From contig OZ246001.1 in the NCBI GenBank assembly GCA_965230295.1, positions 2,528,001 to 2,592,000 of the forward strand: DNA of 64,000 bases, given 5' to 3'. This document shows positions 10,860 through 21,637 of this stretch, piece after piece. The notes below the pieces were generated by a model that ran no database searches, had not been told where the DNA came from, and was given only the letters and a program-made list of their open reading frames with translations. The stretch is from Marinicella sp. (GTDB lineage Bacteria > Pseudomonadota > Gammaproteobacteria > Xanthomonadales > Marinicellaceae). Both the position numbers and the translations under genes were made by a program. Within the stretch, counting starts at the first letter, position 1, and every line of letters starts with the position of its first letter.

Positions 10860-11315
10860 TTATTTGATGCGTTTAACTTTAACACCTCGATTGCCATCGC
10901 CTTTCATTAACCAGGAACCCATCATACCAGGTTCAATGGTGATCAACTGACGGCCGTCTTTTTTCAGGAAAATGGAGCCAGCAGAAACGCGTTTCCAAAC
11001 TTGGCCATTATCCAGTTCATAATAGGTGTCTCCCAATTTGTCGTCATATTTTTTTTCTAAACGGGCCCTGACATCTCGTCGTTCAGTGTCAAGTCTGCGG
11101 GCTTCGAACCCGGCGTTCCTTCTTCTGATTTCACGGTTGATTTCATTTTGTTTATTCTTGATCCAGTCATTCAGAGAATTCAGCTCATCAGCAGATAATT
11201 TGTTCAACCCGGTGATTTGTTTTTCTTCCTCTGTCATTTCACTTAAATCGGGCGATTTAGCAAATACTGAAGTGCAGGTTAACATCAGGGTAAACAAGAA
11301 CAGCTTTTTAGTCAT
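10860..11315 (-). CDS. Hypothetical secreted protein
   Basis: Signal peptide ending SVFA; GLNKLSADELNSLNDW and LDNGQVW segments. Confidence 0.75.
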   Translation of the reverse strand: MTKKLFLFTLMLTCTSVFAKSPDLSEMTEEEKQITGLNKLSADELNSLNDWIKNKQNEINREIRRRNAGFEARRLDTERRDVRARLEKKYDDKLGDTYYELDNGQVWKRVSAGSIFLKKDGRQLITIEPGMMGSWLMKGDGNRGVKVKRIK

Positions 11316-11528
11316 ATTTATACTCAAAATTTACAAGATGACAAATATACATCAATCTTCACTAAATTACGCCGAATTATTGGTCTACTCATCACAAAAT
11401 TACTTGTTTTTTTGTCAATTAATGTCCTTTATAACAAACTTTTAACACCACATTCTCAAAATTAAGTAAAATGCGAAGCATAAAACCACAAAAAAAACGT
11501 AACTCTATACTGAAAGGTAGAATTTGAA

Positions 11529-12437
11529 ATGAAGAAAATTAAGTCCAGCAAGATTGTCGTTTTGCTTATTGCTGTATATGCGCCCCATGTTTTTGCGGAT
11601 GCTTCACTCAAAATTGATCAAGATTTAGTGATTGGCAATGAGCCAGTGGTACCAGTCTTGGCTTTGAGCGGCAACACCCAATATCAAATCGTTGACAATC
11701 AATTAAATATGCAGATCAATCACCCGGTGATTTGTAATCGCATTGGTGGTTATCAACCGGTTTCCAATCTTCATGCAAGAATTACTGATCCGAATGGCGA
11801 CAACAAGGGTGATGACGATCCAGTTGAATCACTGATGGGCATACAATCTAATGTCAATTACAGTGTCAGGAAGAGACAGTTTGATATCACATCTGAAAAT
11901 CGCAGTAAGTCCATTTGTTTATCAGATTATGAATTCGATGTCATATTCAAAACGGCTTTTTCTGATGAACCGGTGGTCAACAATTCTGACATCTCATACA
12001 ATTTCATCGGTGCGCCTCCGGGTGGCTATACACCAGGCAGTATCATGACTTTTGAACTGACCTATGAAAACACCTCAGGTTCAGAGCAGCTGTTGGATTT
12101 TATTGAGTATCACCCATATACCAACTCCGTTGATGCTTACTTTATTCCGGGTGGAAACATCAGTTGTCAAATACTAGATAATAATGATGTACCAGTCAAC
12201 GGCGCCTTTTGCATCAGCGCAAATGGAGTGGTTTCTGATGCAACATTACAGCCCACAGAAAAAATCAGACTTTCAATGCAAATGCAGATCAGTGCCTCGG
12301 CATTGGTGGGTTCAAACCTTCAAATGATGGCAGCTGTATTCCCGAAAGTAGAGACCATTGATGCATTTGGTAGTGGCCAATCATTCTCAGGTTTTGATAA
12401 GGCAATAGCCATCATTCCTATTGTTGCAAGCAATTGA
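11529..12437 (+). CDS. Hypothetical secreted beta-rich protein
   Basis: Signal peptide ending VFA; Ig/DUF11-like C-terminal half; AAAGGT RBS-like sequence. Confidence 0.7.
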   Translation: MKKIKSSKIVVLLIAVYAPHVFADASLKIDQDLVIGNEPVVPVLALSGNTQYQIVDNQLNMQINHPVICNRIGGYQPVSNLHARITDPNGDNKGDDDPVESLMGIQSNVNYSVRKRQFDITSENRSKSICLSDYEFDVIFKTAFSDEPVVNNSDISYNFIGAPPGGYTPGSIMTFELTYENTSGSEQLLDFIEYHPYTNSVDAYFIPGGNISCQILDNNDVPVNGAFCISANGVVSDATLQPTEKIRLSMQMQISASALVGSNLQMMAAVFPKVETIDAFGSGQSFSGFDKAIAIIPIVASN

Positions 12438-12460
12438 TCGAAACCAATATGATAATACTG

Positions 12461-12487
12461 AAAAGAGCAGCGATCGCTGCTCTTTTT
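12461..12487. terminator. Bidirectional intrinsic terminator
   Basis: Perfect 26-bp palindrome AAAAGAGCAGCGATCGCTGCTCTTTT. Confidence 0.8.
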
Positions 12488-12504
12488 GTTGTTGCTGAAT
12501 AATA

Positions 12505-13155
12505 GTGACCCCAGAAAGATTTGAAAAGTTAAAACAAGTCCTCAAGTCCAGACAAACTGACCTGACAGTGGTGATGGATTGGGTGCATAAGCCGCATAAT
12601 TTTAATGCCATCATCCGTTCCTGTGATGCCGTTGGGGTGTTTGAAACCCATTACATTCCTGTTGAAGAGGGCTACCGTCCACTGACCAATACTGCCAAAG
12701 GCTCACAAAAATATGTCACTGCCAACAAGCACAATGATTTTGCCAGTGTGGCCAAAGAACTCAAAGCATCTGGACATCAGTTGCTGGCTGCCCATTTATC
12801 AGATAAAGCGGTGGATTACCGTACCATTGACTATACAAAACCCACTGCAGTGGTCATGGGGGCTGAGTTAGAAGGGGTTTCTCCTGACACAGCTGATACC
12901 GTTGACCAACACATCATCATACCCATGGTGGGTATGGTGGAATCGTTGAATGTGTCGGTGGCTTGTGCTTTGATTTTGTACGAAGCTCAGCGCCAACGCC
13001 AGGCGGCAAATATGTATGACTCACCATCGCTTGATCCAGAGGTTTTCGATAAAGTTTTGTTTGAATGGTGTTGGCCCAAGATTGCCAGCTTATGCCAAAG
13101 GTTAGGCAAGCCTTACCCTGAATTGGATGAAGTTGGCGAGTTCAAAAGTTTTTGA
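12505..13155 (+). CDS. trmH: tRNA (guanosine-18-2'-O)-methyltransferase
   Basis: HKPHN, RSCDAVG, GAELEG and MVESLNVSVA SPOUT motifs. Confidence 0.95.
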   Translation: MTPERFEKLKQVLKSRQTDLTVVMDWVHKPHNFNAIIRSCDAVGVFETHYIPVEEGYRPLTNTAKGSQKYVTANKHNDFASVAKELKASGHQLLAAHLSDKAVDYRTIDYTKPTAVVMGAELEGVSPDTADTVDQHIIIPMVGMVESLNVSVACALILYEAQRQRQAANMYDSPSLDPEVFDKVLFEWCWPKIASLCQRLGKPYPELDEVGEFKSF

Positions 13156-14087
13156 AACATTTCGTTTTGAATGATTTGTGACAAAGCATAGGGTGTAGTA
13201 CCTACCGGCGGAATGCTGTTTTCAAAATCAGACCAACGTTGTTTTAATGCATGGATGAATCGTTTGTGTTTGGGTGATTTGATCCAGGGCGTTGCCAGCA
13301 ATGTGACTTGTGCTGAACTGGCAGCACATTCATTCATCATGTTGATGCTGTCAGCAGTGACATAAATGTGTCGTGATTGACGTAGAATATCCTGATAAGG
13401 GTTGACCCCGTCAGCATCGCTAAACCAAAACTGATCATTTTCTTTCAGTAAAGATTTCAAAAGCTTTGTGTGAGCATTGGCCAACCTCGGTGATCCACAC
13501 ACCATTAAAGAATGGTTGTGGTTGGCATGGCGTATTCTTTTTAAATCAGCTGATAATTGTTGTTTGAAGTATTCTTTTGGCGGGTTGCCTATCACCAAAG
13601 CAGTTGCAAATGTATTTTGCACTTGTTTGTGTGCTTCTTGAGTGAACCATTGTGCATCAAACGGATGAATGCTGCCGCTGTAAGTGACGATGTTTGGGCC
13701 AGATTTTTGGTCATGCTCGGGCAGTAACAACACATCATAGTTTTTTGCGGCATCTTTGGGATTCAAAATTTGGATGTGTTTAACCTGGATGCCTTGAAAC
13801 CTAAATCGTTGGGAGACAAATTTACCAACGGCAGCAGCAATTCTACCTGTGGTGATGATCACCTCCGGGGGTGATGCAAATTGTGGCTTTTTGTCTTGTC
13901 GCCAGGTCAGCCCTTTATGAAAACCAGGAATGATGCGTGGTGTCAGTGTCAGCCATGGCTGTCTCAGGTTGAAATGGTGAGTACTGGATTGTTTGGCGAT
14001 GTGCTTTGCCAAAGTTGTACTTTGAATCTCATGACCCAGCCGACCCTCAGAAAATACCCAGCACAGATTTACTTTATTCAATGGCAA
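13113..14087 (-). CDS. ELM1/GtrOC1 family putative glycosyltransferase
   Basis: EGRLGHEIQS, PEHD, NPY and VTADSINMMNE motifs; beside LPS genes. Confidence 0.8.
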   Translation of the reverse strand: MPLNKVNLCWVFSEGRLGHEIQSTTLAKHIAKQSSTHHFNLRQPWLTLTPRIIPGFHKGLTWRQDKKPQFASPPEVIITTGRIAAAVGKFVSQRFRFQGIQVKHIQILNPKDAAKNYDVLLLPEHDQKSGPNIVTYSGSIHPFDAQWFTQEAHKQVQNTFATALVIGNPPKEYFKQQLSADLKRIRHANHNHSLMVCGSPRLANAHTKLLKSLLKENDQFWFSDADGVNPYQDILRQSRHIYVTADSINMMNECAASSAQVTLLATPWIKSPKHKRFIHALKQRWSDFENSIPPVGTTPYALSQIIQNEMFQKLLNSPTSSNSG

Positions 14088-14227
14088 TCACAGTTTATAA
14101 TAGCTGTCCCATTATAGAGGTCAATTTGATTGCTGCAAAGTCGCAATTGTCAGTTAAATTGGTCAAAGATCACCAGAACGATGTCAACCTCACATCTGTC
14201 TGTAAAAGTATTGAATTAGGATCAATC

Positions 14228-14413
14228 ATGAATCAAAAAGCTGCCAACACAGAAAAAGTATATTACGTCAATCCCAGTGATTTACCCGTTTCATGTCCAG
14301 GGAAAGACATGGCTGTTTGGAATTCTCACCCTAAAGTCTTTTTAGCCATTGAGAAAACGGGAGAAGCCGTGTGTGAATATTGCGGTGCAAAATACATTTT
14401 AAAAGCCGATTGA
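14228..14413 (+). CDS. Zinc-finger (zf-CHCC) protein
   Basis: CP...WNSHPKVFL...CEYCG. Confidence 0.88.
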   Translation: MNQKAANTEKVYYVNPSDLPVSCPGKDMAVWNSHPKVFLAIEKTGEAVCEYCGAKYILKAD

Positions 14414-14463
14414 TGCCTTACTTCCAATCTTCATCGCCTTGTGTGGCAATTTATTAAACCTGC

Positions 14464-15597
14464 ATGCCAGTGCCAAATAAACGGGATCCTATTGACTCAT
14501 TAACAGTCATGCAAGTGGTGCCTGAATTGAAAGTGGGTGGTGTAGAAAGAGGCACCATAGAGTTTGCTGTTTTTCTTCAAAATAAAGGCCATCGTCCAAT
14601 TGTGGTGTCTGCAGGTGGACCATTGGTTGAACAGTTGTCTGAAAACAACATCATTCACATTGAATTAAATGTGGGCAAAAAGTCACTCAGTACATTGAGT
14701 TCTATCAAAAAACTAAAAACAATCATGCAAGACAGGCACGTGGATGTGGTACATGCGCGTTCTAGGCTACCTGCCTGGTTGAGTTATTGGGCGCTCAAAC
14801 GCATGGGTGAAGAAAGACCTAAGTTTGTGACCACATTGCATGGCTTGCATTCGATCAGCCGCTATTCATCTATCATGGCCAGGGGTGATGCCGTCATTGC
14901 AGTCTCGCAAACAGCCAAAGACTACTTGCTACAAAATTTCAAATCACATTTAAACGATGATCCAGAGTTGATCTATCGCGGCATAGACCCTCAATTCAGT
15001 TATGGTCATGTTCCAGATGAGAGTTGGCTAAAGGCTTGGCAGCAAACAATTGACTCCAATAAATCAATAAAAACTGTGTTGTTACCGGGTCGCCTGAGTC
15101 AGCTCAAAGGCGTTGAACATTTGCTGTCTTGGTTAAAGTCTACAAAGCATGACTGTAAACTGTTGCTTACTGCCCAGTATGGTGAATCAAAATACAGTCG
15201 TCAGGTGGGTCAACTATTTGCACAACATGGATTGTCTGAACGTGTGGTTTGGTTGGGCATCGAACGCAACATGCCCAACCTATATGCGGCTGTTGATGTG
15301 GTGGTGTCAACCAACAACAAACCAGAAAGTTTTGGTCGTACGGTTTTAGAAGCCTTGTCGGTTGGTAAACCAGTGGTTGCATTTTCGCATGGTGGAGTCG
15401 ATGAAATCATGAGCGCATTGTTCCCTGAAGGCAAAGTTCAAGTTGGTAATGACGAGGCTTTGGCTCAATGTATAGATTCATTTTTATCTCAAAAGCCTGA
15501 GGTCAAACCGCATCAAATGTTCACCAATCGTGACATGTTCGAAAAAACATTGGCTGTGTATCAGCATTTAGTGGTTGGTGATTCTGCCAATGATTAA
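14464..15597 (+). CDS. Glycosyltransferase family 4
   Basis: GGVERGT, HARSRLPAW and ESFGRTVLEA motifs. Confidence 0.92.
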   Translation: MPVPNKRDPIDSLTVMQVVPELKVGGVERGTIEFAVFLQNKGHRPIVVSAGGPLVEQLSENNIIHIELNVGKKSLSTLSSIKKLKTIMQDRHVDVVHARSRLPAWLSYWALKRMGEERPKFVTTLHGLHSISRYSSIMARGDAVIAVSQTAKDYLLQNFKSHLNDDPELIYRGIDPQFSYGHVPDESWLKAWQQTIDSNKSIKTVLLPGRLSQLKGVEHLLSWLKSTKHDCKLLLTAQYGESKYSRQVGQLFAQHGLSERVVWLGIERNMPNLYAAVDVVVSTNNKPESFGRTVLEALSVGKPVVAFSHGGVDEIMSALFPEGKVQVGNDEALAQCIDSFLSQKPEVKPHQMFTNRDMFEKTLAVYQHLVVGDSAND

Positions 15598-16786
15598 GTC
15601 GCCGAATTTCATTCATATCCTGTATGTTTCAGTGGTGATTCTACTGCCATTTGGGCGGTTGTCAGAAGTGCCTATATTGGTTTTGTCATTGATAGGCATG
15701 TGGTTTTTAACCAAACACAACAGGGTAATGATTCAATCGAACTGGTTCAAACCGTTCACACTGACCTATTTGGCATATTTTATGTTGGTTTCAATTTCTG
15801 CCATTGATTCTGCATGGCCGGAAAAAAGTTGGTTGATCAGCTTGGGCTCTGTGCGTTTTTATTTAATGGGGTTGGCGCTGATCTATGTGATTGATCAAAC
15901 AGCGATGAAAAAGCTGGCACTTTGGACCACAGCTGTCCTCGGATTTTGGGCTGTTGATGCCTTGGTTCAAGGCGTCCTGGGTCACAACTTGTTGGGTCAG
16001 CCACCTTACCCAGGGCGATTAACAGGTATTTTTGGACAAAATGTAAAATTGGGCCCCGTGTTGGCCTTATTTTTGCCGGTGGTGATGATACACATGTGTC
16101 ATTACAGGGCGTGGTTGCGTTGGCTGGTGGTCTCACTTTTTGTGGTGATTATTTTACTCAGCGGAACCCGCTCAGCGTGGTTGATGATGGCGTTTGTTTT
16201 GTTGTTATTTTGGTGGCAACATGTCAAAGGCCGCCGGTGGTTGTTGTTGGTTAAAGCAGGGACATTGGTTGTCACAGGCGTGGTTTTGTTGTGGTTCAGT
16301 TCCACCGATTTCCAACAACGGGTTGATCGTTCTTTGCAAATGTTTGATGGCAGTCAGTCAGCCATTGATTTTGCTTTGGCTGATCGTTTACCTATCTGGA
16401 ATACTGCCATCAATATGTATCAGGATCACCCGATTAATGGTGTAGGTGCCCGGGCATTCAGAATGGTGTATGCTGAATATGCCGAGCCAGGTGATGTTTG
16501 GGTTGAACAACAGGGTAGTGGGCTGCATGCACACCATTGGGTGCTTGAACTGCTGTCAGAGACAGGCAGTATCGGCCTGTTATTGATGTTGTTAATGTGT
16601 GTGCTTATCTATCGACATGTTCGACTCGTCTTTAATCACCACGCTGTTTGGCCTTATGCAACGGCTTTGTTGGCTGCTATGTTACCGGTGGTTTCGTTGT
16701 ATTCGTTGTTTTCTTCGTTCTGGTCGATTTGTTTGTGGTGGATGTTGGTGATGTTATTTGCAGGAGTTAAAAGTGAGTCAGAATAA
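15590..16786 (+). CDS. O-antigen ligase (WaaL/Wzy_C) family protein
   Basis: Many TM helices; SGTRSAW, HPINGVG and HAHH...ETG motifs. Confidence 0.88.
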   Translation: MIKSPNFIHILYVSVVILLPFGRLSEVPILVLSLIGMWFLTKHNRVMIQSNWFKPFTLTYLAYFMLVSISAIDSAWPEKSWLISLGSVRFYLMGLALIYVIDQTAMKKLALWTTAVLGFWAVDALVQGVLGHNLLGQPPYPGRLTGIFGQNVKLGPVLALFLPVVMIHMCHYRAWLRWLVVSLFVVIILLSGTRSAWLMMAFVLLLFWWQHVKGRRWLLLVKAGTLVVTGVVLLWFSSTDFQQRVDRSLQMFDGSQSAIDFALADRLPIWNTAINMYQDHPINGVGARAFRMVYAEYAEPGDVWVEQQGSGLHAHHWVLELLSETGSIGLLLMLLMCVLIYRHVRLVFNHHAVWPYATALLAAMLPVVSLYSLFSSFWSICLWWMLVMLFAGVKSESE

Positions 16787-17534
16787 TGCTGTCAGTGCAG
16801 TGGTTACCTGTTTTAACTCTGCCAAAACCATTGAAAAGTGCCTGCAAAGCCTGGCCTGGGCTGATGAAATCATTGTGTTGGATTCGTACAGTGAAGACCA
16901 GACGGTTGCAATCATTAAGTCACAGCCAAACATCAAGCTAATACAACAGGCTTTCAAAGGCTTTGCACAGCAGAAACAAGATGTCATTGATATGGCAAAA
17001 CATGACTGGGTGATGTTGTTGGATGCTGATGAGTGTTTAACGCCCAAAGCCATTAAAAAAATCCAGCAATGGCAAACCAAGCTACCTCAAGCTGATGGTT
17101 TTAATCTTCCAAGGGTTGAGTGGGTGTTCTGGCATTGGGCCCACCCCTGGGTCAAGCGCAATGAATTCATCCGCTTGTTTAACCGCAAAAAGTCCCACAT
17201 GAGCCAAGACTTGGTTCATGAATCCATTCAGGTAGATGGTAAAGTCAAAAAACTTTATGCTCCATTTAAACATTATGGCGAGACATCCATACAAATCAAA
17301 TTAGAGAAGATCAATCGCTATTCGGCTTTGGCAGCCCAACAAAAGTTTGATCGAGGCAAAAGATGCAGTCCACTGCGTTTGTTTTTATATCCCATTTTTT
17401 ATTTTTTCAGACAGTATTTCATTAAACGACAAATTTTTAACGGTGTTGCTGGTGTGATCAATGCCACCCTGAACAGTTACTATGCCTACTTAAAATACGC
17501 CAAATTATATGAGTTACAACAAAATAAAGACTGA
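16773..17534 (+). CDS. Glycosyltransferase family 2 (LPS core, WaaE/KdtX-like)
   Basis: DSYSEDQT, LDADE and VHE motifs; AGGAG RBS before GTG 16773. Confidence 0.9.
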   Translation: MSQNNAVSAVVTCFNSAKTIEKCLQSLAWADEIIVLDSYSEDQTVAIIKSQPNIKLIQQAFKGFAQQKQDVIDMAKHDWVMLLDADECLTPKAIKKIQQWQTKLPQADGFNLPRVEWVFWHWAHPWVKRNEFIRLFNRKKSHMSQDLVHESIQVDGKVKKLYAPFKHYGETSIQIKLEKINRYSALAAQQKFDRGKRCSPLRLFLYPIFYFFRQYFIKRQIFNGVAGVINATLNSYYAYLKYAKLYELQQNKD

Positions 17535-18405
17535 CCTTCAGGTGGCATGGGCCAAATGGTTGGCGCGCAGATCTTTACCGACGTTGATGCGCATGGGTCG
17601 GGTGTTGGGGCGCCTTTTTTATTACTTACCCAATTCAAGAAAGCGTGTGGCAAAAATTAATTTGGCAGTTTGCTTTCCGGAGTCATCAGACCAAGAGGCC
17701 AAAACTTTGTTAAAGGACAACCTGATCTCTACTGGCCAGGGGGTGATGGAAATGTTGGCTGCATTGTGGTCTCCTGATCAACATGTTGCTGAGCGATTTA
17801 AGATAACTGGTATGTCGCATTTACAACAAGCTTTAAAAGGTAACAAAGGCTGTTTGTTGTTAAGTTGTCACACAACTTCAATCGAGTGGGGTATCAGGGG
17901 GTTGAACCACCACATGAAATCTACTGGTTTGCCAGTGGGCCACATGCTTGCCAGACAACACAACAACAAGTTACTTGAAGCCCATTTTGAAGCTGCCAGG
18001 CTGGGGTTTGTTGAAAAGTTGATTGATAAGAAGAACCTTCGAAGTTTGTTGAAGTCCATCAATACCGGGAGTCCGGTTTATTATGCTCCGGATCAGAACT
18101 TTTCTTATCAGGTGGCATTTGCCAACTTTTTCGGCCGGCCAGCCGCCACCACAGTTGGCACCCATAAATTGGCACAAAAAGCAGTTCCGGTTGTTCCGTG
18201 GTTTTGCTTTCGCACCGCTGATTGTCAATGGCACATTGAAATTTTACCGCCCTTGAGCGGGTTTGCTGAGCTGCCTGAGCAGCAAGCCTGCACGTTCCTC
18301 AATCAATTGTTTGAGGAACAGATCCGTAAGCACCCTGAACAATATTTGTGGGTGCACCGTCGATTCAAGAATCAACCCGAAGGGTTTGATAACCCCTATG
18401 AGTAG
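17509..18405 (+). CDS. lpxL: Lipid A lauroyl/palmitoleoyl acyltransferase (LpxL/HtrB family)
   Basis: HTTSIE (HxxxxE), YAPDQ, FFG and PEQYLWVHRRFK motifs. Confidence 0.88.
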   Translation: MSYNKIKTDLQVAWAKWLARRSLPTLMRMGRVLGRLFYYLPNSRKRVAKINLAVCFPESSDQEAKTLLKDNLISTGQGVMEMLAALWSPDQHVAERFKITGMSHLQQALKGNKGCLLLSCHTTSIEWGIRGLNHHMKSTGLPVGHMLARQHNNKLLEAHFEAARLGFVEKLIDKKNLRSLLKSINTGSPVYYAPDQNFSYQVAFANFFGRPAATTVGTHKLAQKAVPVVPWFCFRTADCQWHIEILPPLSGFAELPEQQACTFLNQLFEEQIRKHPEQYLWVHRRFKNQPEGFDNPYE

Positions 18406-18486
18406 TCTGGGGTAAACTGATTTGCTAAGGTAGATTGACCCATGCAATGCACAAAGTCGAGTCTTGAATATTAAATTCAGTAATTC

Positions 18487-18512
18487 GTCATGCCGGCCTG
18501 CGCCGGTATGAC
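18487..18512. repeat. Short REP-like palindrome
   Basis: GTCATGCCGGC-CTGC-GCCGGTATGAC; same GTCAT...ATGAC ends as the element at 37243. Confidence 0.6.
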
Positions 18513-18565
18513 CGGTTCGCGTTATGTAGTCAACCATTGAGGTGTTCAATGTGCCAATGTGTTCA

Positions 18566-19276
18566 TCATTTCCATATACAACTGACCAACACACCAACCA
18601 AGGCACAGTGTATTTTGGTACCGTACTTGGTGGTGAATGTCTTGGAGATGGTGATTTTATCGAAGAATCTTTCAATGCTACCTTCCAGACCCTCGGCATA
18701 GAAGTTCATTTGCAGCTGAGGTTTGTCAACTGACTCATCCAAATAAGGGATGTCAGCATACCAATCAGTGACCTGTGGCTCTTGAGGGAAGTAATCTTTT
18801 GCCGGGCCTGTTCGGGCTTCGAATTCGGGCGTGATCTCCATGGATGTTCTGTTATTGACCATCCGCATGATGTCTCCACTGGTTAATGGATTGGGTACAG
18901 GTTCAGCATCTAATGGCTCATTGCCCACCTCGGTTTCGATGGTTGATTGTTGTGTTTGTGGGTCGGCTTTCGCCGGTGGTTGCTTGGTTTCAATTTCAGG
19001 ACTGTATTGAGGCTCAATTGCTTTCTCTGGCTGCACCTTTTCGACAACCACCGGAGGTGTTTCTGGTTCAACAAATTCTGGCACTTGGGTTATTGGTTCT
19101 GATGTGTCAATCAAATCGACGGCCAAAGTTTTGTTGAATTCAGGGATGTCAATTATCCAGGGTCTTGGCAAGAGTAACAAAACCATCAAGACCAACAAAG
19201 GCATGATACTGTGTTTTAACCAATGTTCAATGTTGTGTTGGGATTGCCAGTATGCTTGGGTGGTCAAGAAAGCCAA
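18566..19276 (-). CDS. Hypothetical membrane-anchored protein with Pro/Glu-rich linker
   Basis: One N-terminal TM helix, PE-rich spacer, Cys-pair C-terminus; start uncertain. Confidence 0.65.
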   Translation of the reverse strand: MAFLTTQAYWQSQHNIEHWLKHSIMPLLVLMVLLLLPRPWIIDIPEFNKTLAVDLIDTSEPITQVPEFVEPETPPVVVEKVQPEKAIEPQYSPEIETKQPPAKADPQTQQSTIETEVGNEPLDAEPVPNPLTSGDIMRMVNNRTSMEITPEFEARTGPAKDYFPQEPQVTDWYADIPYLDESVDKPQLQMNFYAEGLEGSIERFFDKITISKTFTTKYGTKIHCALVGVLVSCIWK

Positions 19277-19379
19277 AACTCAGGATTGCTGTGAATTGGC
19301 TTATTATAGGATTCGGGCGTTAAGGCTATGTAAATTAAATGTAATGAAAACGATGACAGTGATGCAAAGTTTGTTGAAT

Positions 19380-19823
19380 TCAGAGTTTAATGTTAAAAAA
19401 CTTGAACACCACCCAAGCTGGCCCGATCAAAAGGAATTGAAGGTCTTTGAAAAATGATGGCTTTTTGCCTTCGATGTGATGCCCAATGAACTGCCCAATC
19501 CAAGCTGCCACAAAAACCACAAGAGCGATGGTCAGCAAAGGGTAGCCTAAGTTTTCAAACCAGTAGTTCAAGGCCAGGCATGCAGCAGTAAACACCAACA
19601 TGGTTGCAAAGACCTTAAAGCTTTTAAGTATGTAATAAAGCATAAGCAATGAAGTGCTGACGATCGCAAAGTTCATCACGTAGGGTATCTTGATGGTCCA
19701 CATCACCGCTGAAATTGACCAAAAAATCAAAGGTACACAAACATAATGAATCAGTTGGTTGGTGCGGTTGACATGAGATTTGTGGTACTCAGTCATTAAA
19801 TGCTTCATTGAGTCAGAACGCAT
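19380..19823 (-). CDS. DUF962/Mpo1-like membrane protein
   Basis: SHVNRTNQLIHYVCVP and QFIGHHIEGKKPSFFKDLQFLLIGP. Confidence 0.9.
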   Translation of the reverse strand: MRSDSMKHLMTEYHKSHVNRTNQLIHYVCVPLIFWSISAVMWTIKIPYVMNFAIVSTSLLMLYYILKSFKVFATMLVFTAACLALNYWFENLGYPLLTIALVVFVAAWIGQFIGHHIEGKKPSFFKDLQFLLIGPAWVVFKFFNIKL

Positions 19824-20676
19824 GTCCTGTGATTCTGCGGTAGGCTTCATGATATTTCTCAGCTGTTTTGTTAATCAATTCAGTGGGTACATGTGGTCCT
19901 GGTGGTTGCTTGTCCCAGTCCAATGTTTCCAAATAATCACGAATGAATTGTTTGTCGTAGCTTTCAGGGCTGCTGCCAACTTGATAAGTGTCCTGATTCC
20001 AAAATCTCGATGAGTCAGGTGTCAGTACCTCATCCATCAAAACCAAATCATCATCCTCATCCAGGCCAAACTCAAACTTCGTGTCAGCAATAATGATACC
20101 ATTGTTTAGGGCATGTTCACTGGCCTTGAGGTAAATTTGTGTAGATACTTCACGCAATTGTGCAGCACGTTCGGAGCCTACCAGATTGGCGAGTTGATCA
20201 TAAGTGATGTTTTCATCGTGATCTCCCACCTGAGCTTTTGATGAAGGCGTGAACAAAGCTGCTGGCAGTTGCTGTGCTTGTTTTAAGTCAGGTGGTAGTT
20301 CAATGCCACACACTGCGCCAGTTTGGAGGTAATCTTTCCAGCCAGAACCAATGATGTAACCACGAACGATGGCTTCACAAGGTAAGGCTTTCAATTTTTT
20401 CACCACCACAGCCCTTTGTTGAAGGTCTTCGTTGGCATCAGGAATGACTTGTGTCACTGGAATTTCAGTGAGGTGATTCTTTATAATAGGCCGCATCATA
20501 TCAAACCAAAAATTCGATATTTGGGTCAACAATGCACCTTTTTGAGGGATGACATCGGGTAACACCACATCAAAGGCGCTGAGGCGATCACTGGCAACCA
20601 TGAGTAAATGTTTATCGTCAACTTCATAGACATCCCTGACTTTGCCTTGATGAATTTTTGGTAATTGAATTTCCAT
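19813..20676 (-). CDS. purC: SAICAR synthase
   Basis: GKVRDVY, SDRLSAFD, ADTKFEFG and DEVLTPDSSRFW motifs. Confidence 0.98.
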   Translation of the reverse strand: MEIQLPKIHQGKVRDVYEVDDKHLLMVASDRLSAFDVVLPDVIPQKGALLTQISNFWFDMMRPIIKNHLTEIPVTQVIPDANEDLQQRAVVVKKLKALPCEAIVRGYIIGSGWKDYLQTGAVCGIELPPDLKQAQQLPAALFTPSSKAQVGDHDENITYDQLANLVGSERAAQLREVSTQIYLKASEHALNNGIIIADTKFEFGLDEDDDLVLMDEVLTPDSSRFWNQDTYQVGSSPESYDKQFIRDYLETLDWDKQPPGPHVPTELINKTAEKYHEAYRRITGHAF

Positions 20677-20741
20677 GCTTTGTGCACCGCGTACAAAGCG
20701 TGTATTTTAGCTATGGACAACTGACGAAGCAAATAAATAGT

Positions 20742-21548
20742 ATGGGTATTATCATTGGAGGAATTCTTGGGTACAAATTCGGCTTCTTGCCAGGTATGTT
20801 GCTGGGTGCCTGGGTTGGATTTTGGCTAGAAAGGCAGCTGACCGGAAGCAATGTCACCAACAGTAAAAAACAAACCCAAGAAAGTTTTTTTAACGCCCTG
20901 TTTTTATCAATGGGCAAGTTGGCAAAGGTGGATGGCAAAGTATCACCGCTAGAGATTGAGCGTACAGAAGGCATCATGCGACACATGAAGCTGAATCATG
21001 ACATGCGCCAAAAAGCTATCAATTTGTTTACCCAAGGCAAAGACCCCAATTACAGTATTGACGGTGCCTTGCGACAATTTGGTCAGTTTGCCAGAAGATC
21101 ATTGTCACTCAAACAGATATTCCTGGAGATGTTGATAGATGTGGCTGAAGCGGATGGTATGATTTCAAGAGCAGAACAAACCTTGATTGAACAAGTTTGT
21201 CACATGATTGGTTACCCCAAGCAGTTGCTGTATGCGATGATGAAAATGCGTGGATTTACCGCCACGGGCGGTTATCAACAATCCAAGCGTGAGCATGATT
21301 ATCGTGGTCAGTCCAGTAGGCGTTCAGTCAACCGCAACGCGCCTTTTAACCCTTATCAGGTGTTGGGAGTCACTCAAAATGACAGCAAGGCCACCATTCG
21401 CAAAGCATACAAAAGATTGATGAGTCAGCACCACCCGGATAAGTTAGTGTCTAAAGGCTTGCCACCTGAAATGATGAAAGTGGCGGAAGAAAAAGCCAAA
21501 CAAGTTCAACTGGCCTGGGAAAAAGTCAAAGATTTGAAGGGGTGGTGA
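20742..21548 (+). CDS. djlA: Co-chaperone DjlA
   Basis: N-terminal TM, TerB-like AKVDGKVS, C-terminal J domain HHPDKL. Confidence 0.93.
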   Translation: MGIIIGGILGYKFGFLPGMLLGAWVGFWLERQLTGSNVTNSKKQTQESFFNALFLSMGKLAKVDGKVSPLEIERTEGIMRHMKLNHDMRQKAINLFTQGKDPNYSIDGALRQFGQFARRSLSLKQIFLEMLIDVAEADGMISRAEQTLIEQVCHMIGYPKQLLYAMMKMRGFTATGGYQQSKREHDYRGQSSRRSVNRNAPFNPYQVLGVTQNDSKATIRKAYKRLMSQHHPDKLVSKGLPPEMMKVAEEKAKQVQLAWEKVKDLKGW

Positions 21549-21637
21549 TGAGGAATCAAGCGCTATTGGCATTCCTTATTGACTTTCCATACAGGCAGTG
21601 ACAAACTCCATAAACACAGTAAAACCTTTGAATTTCC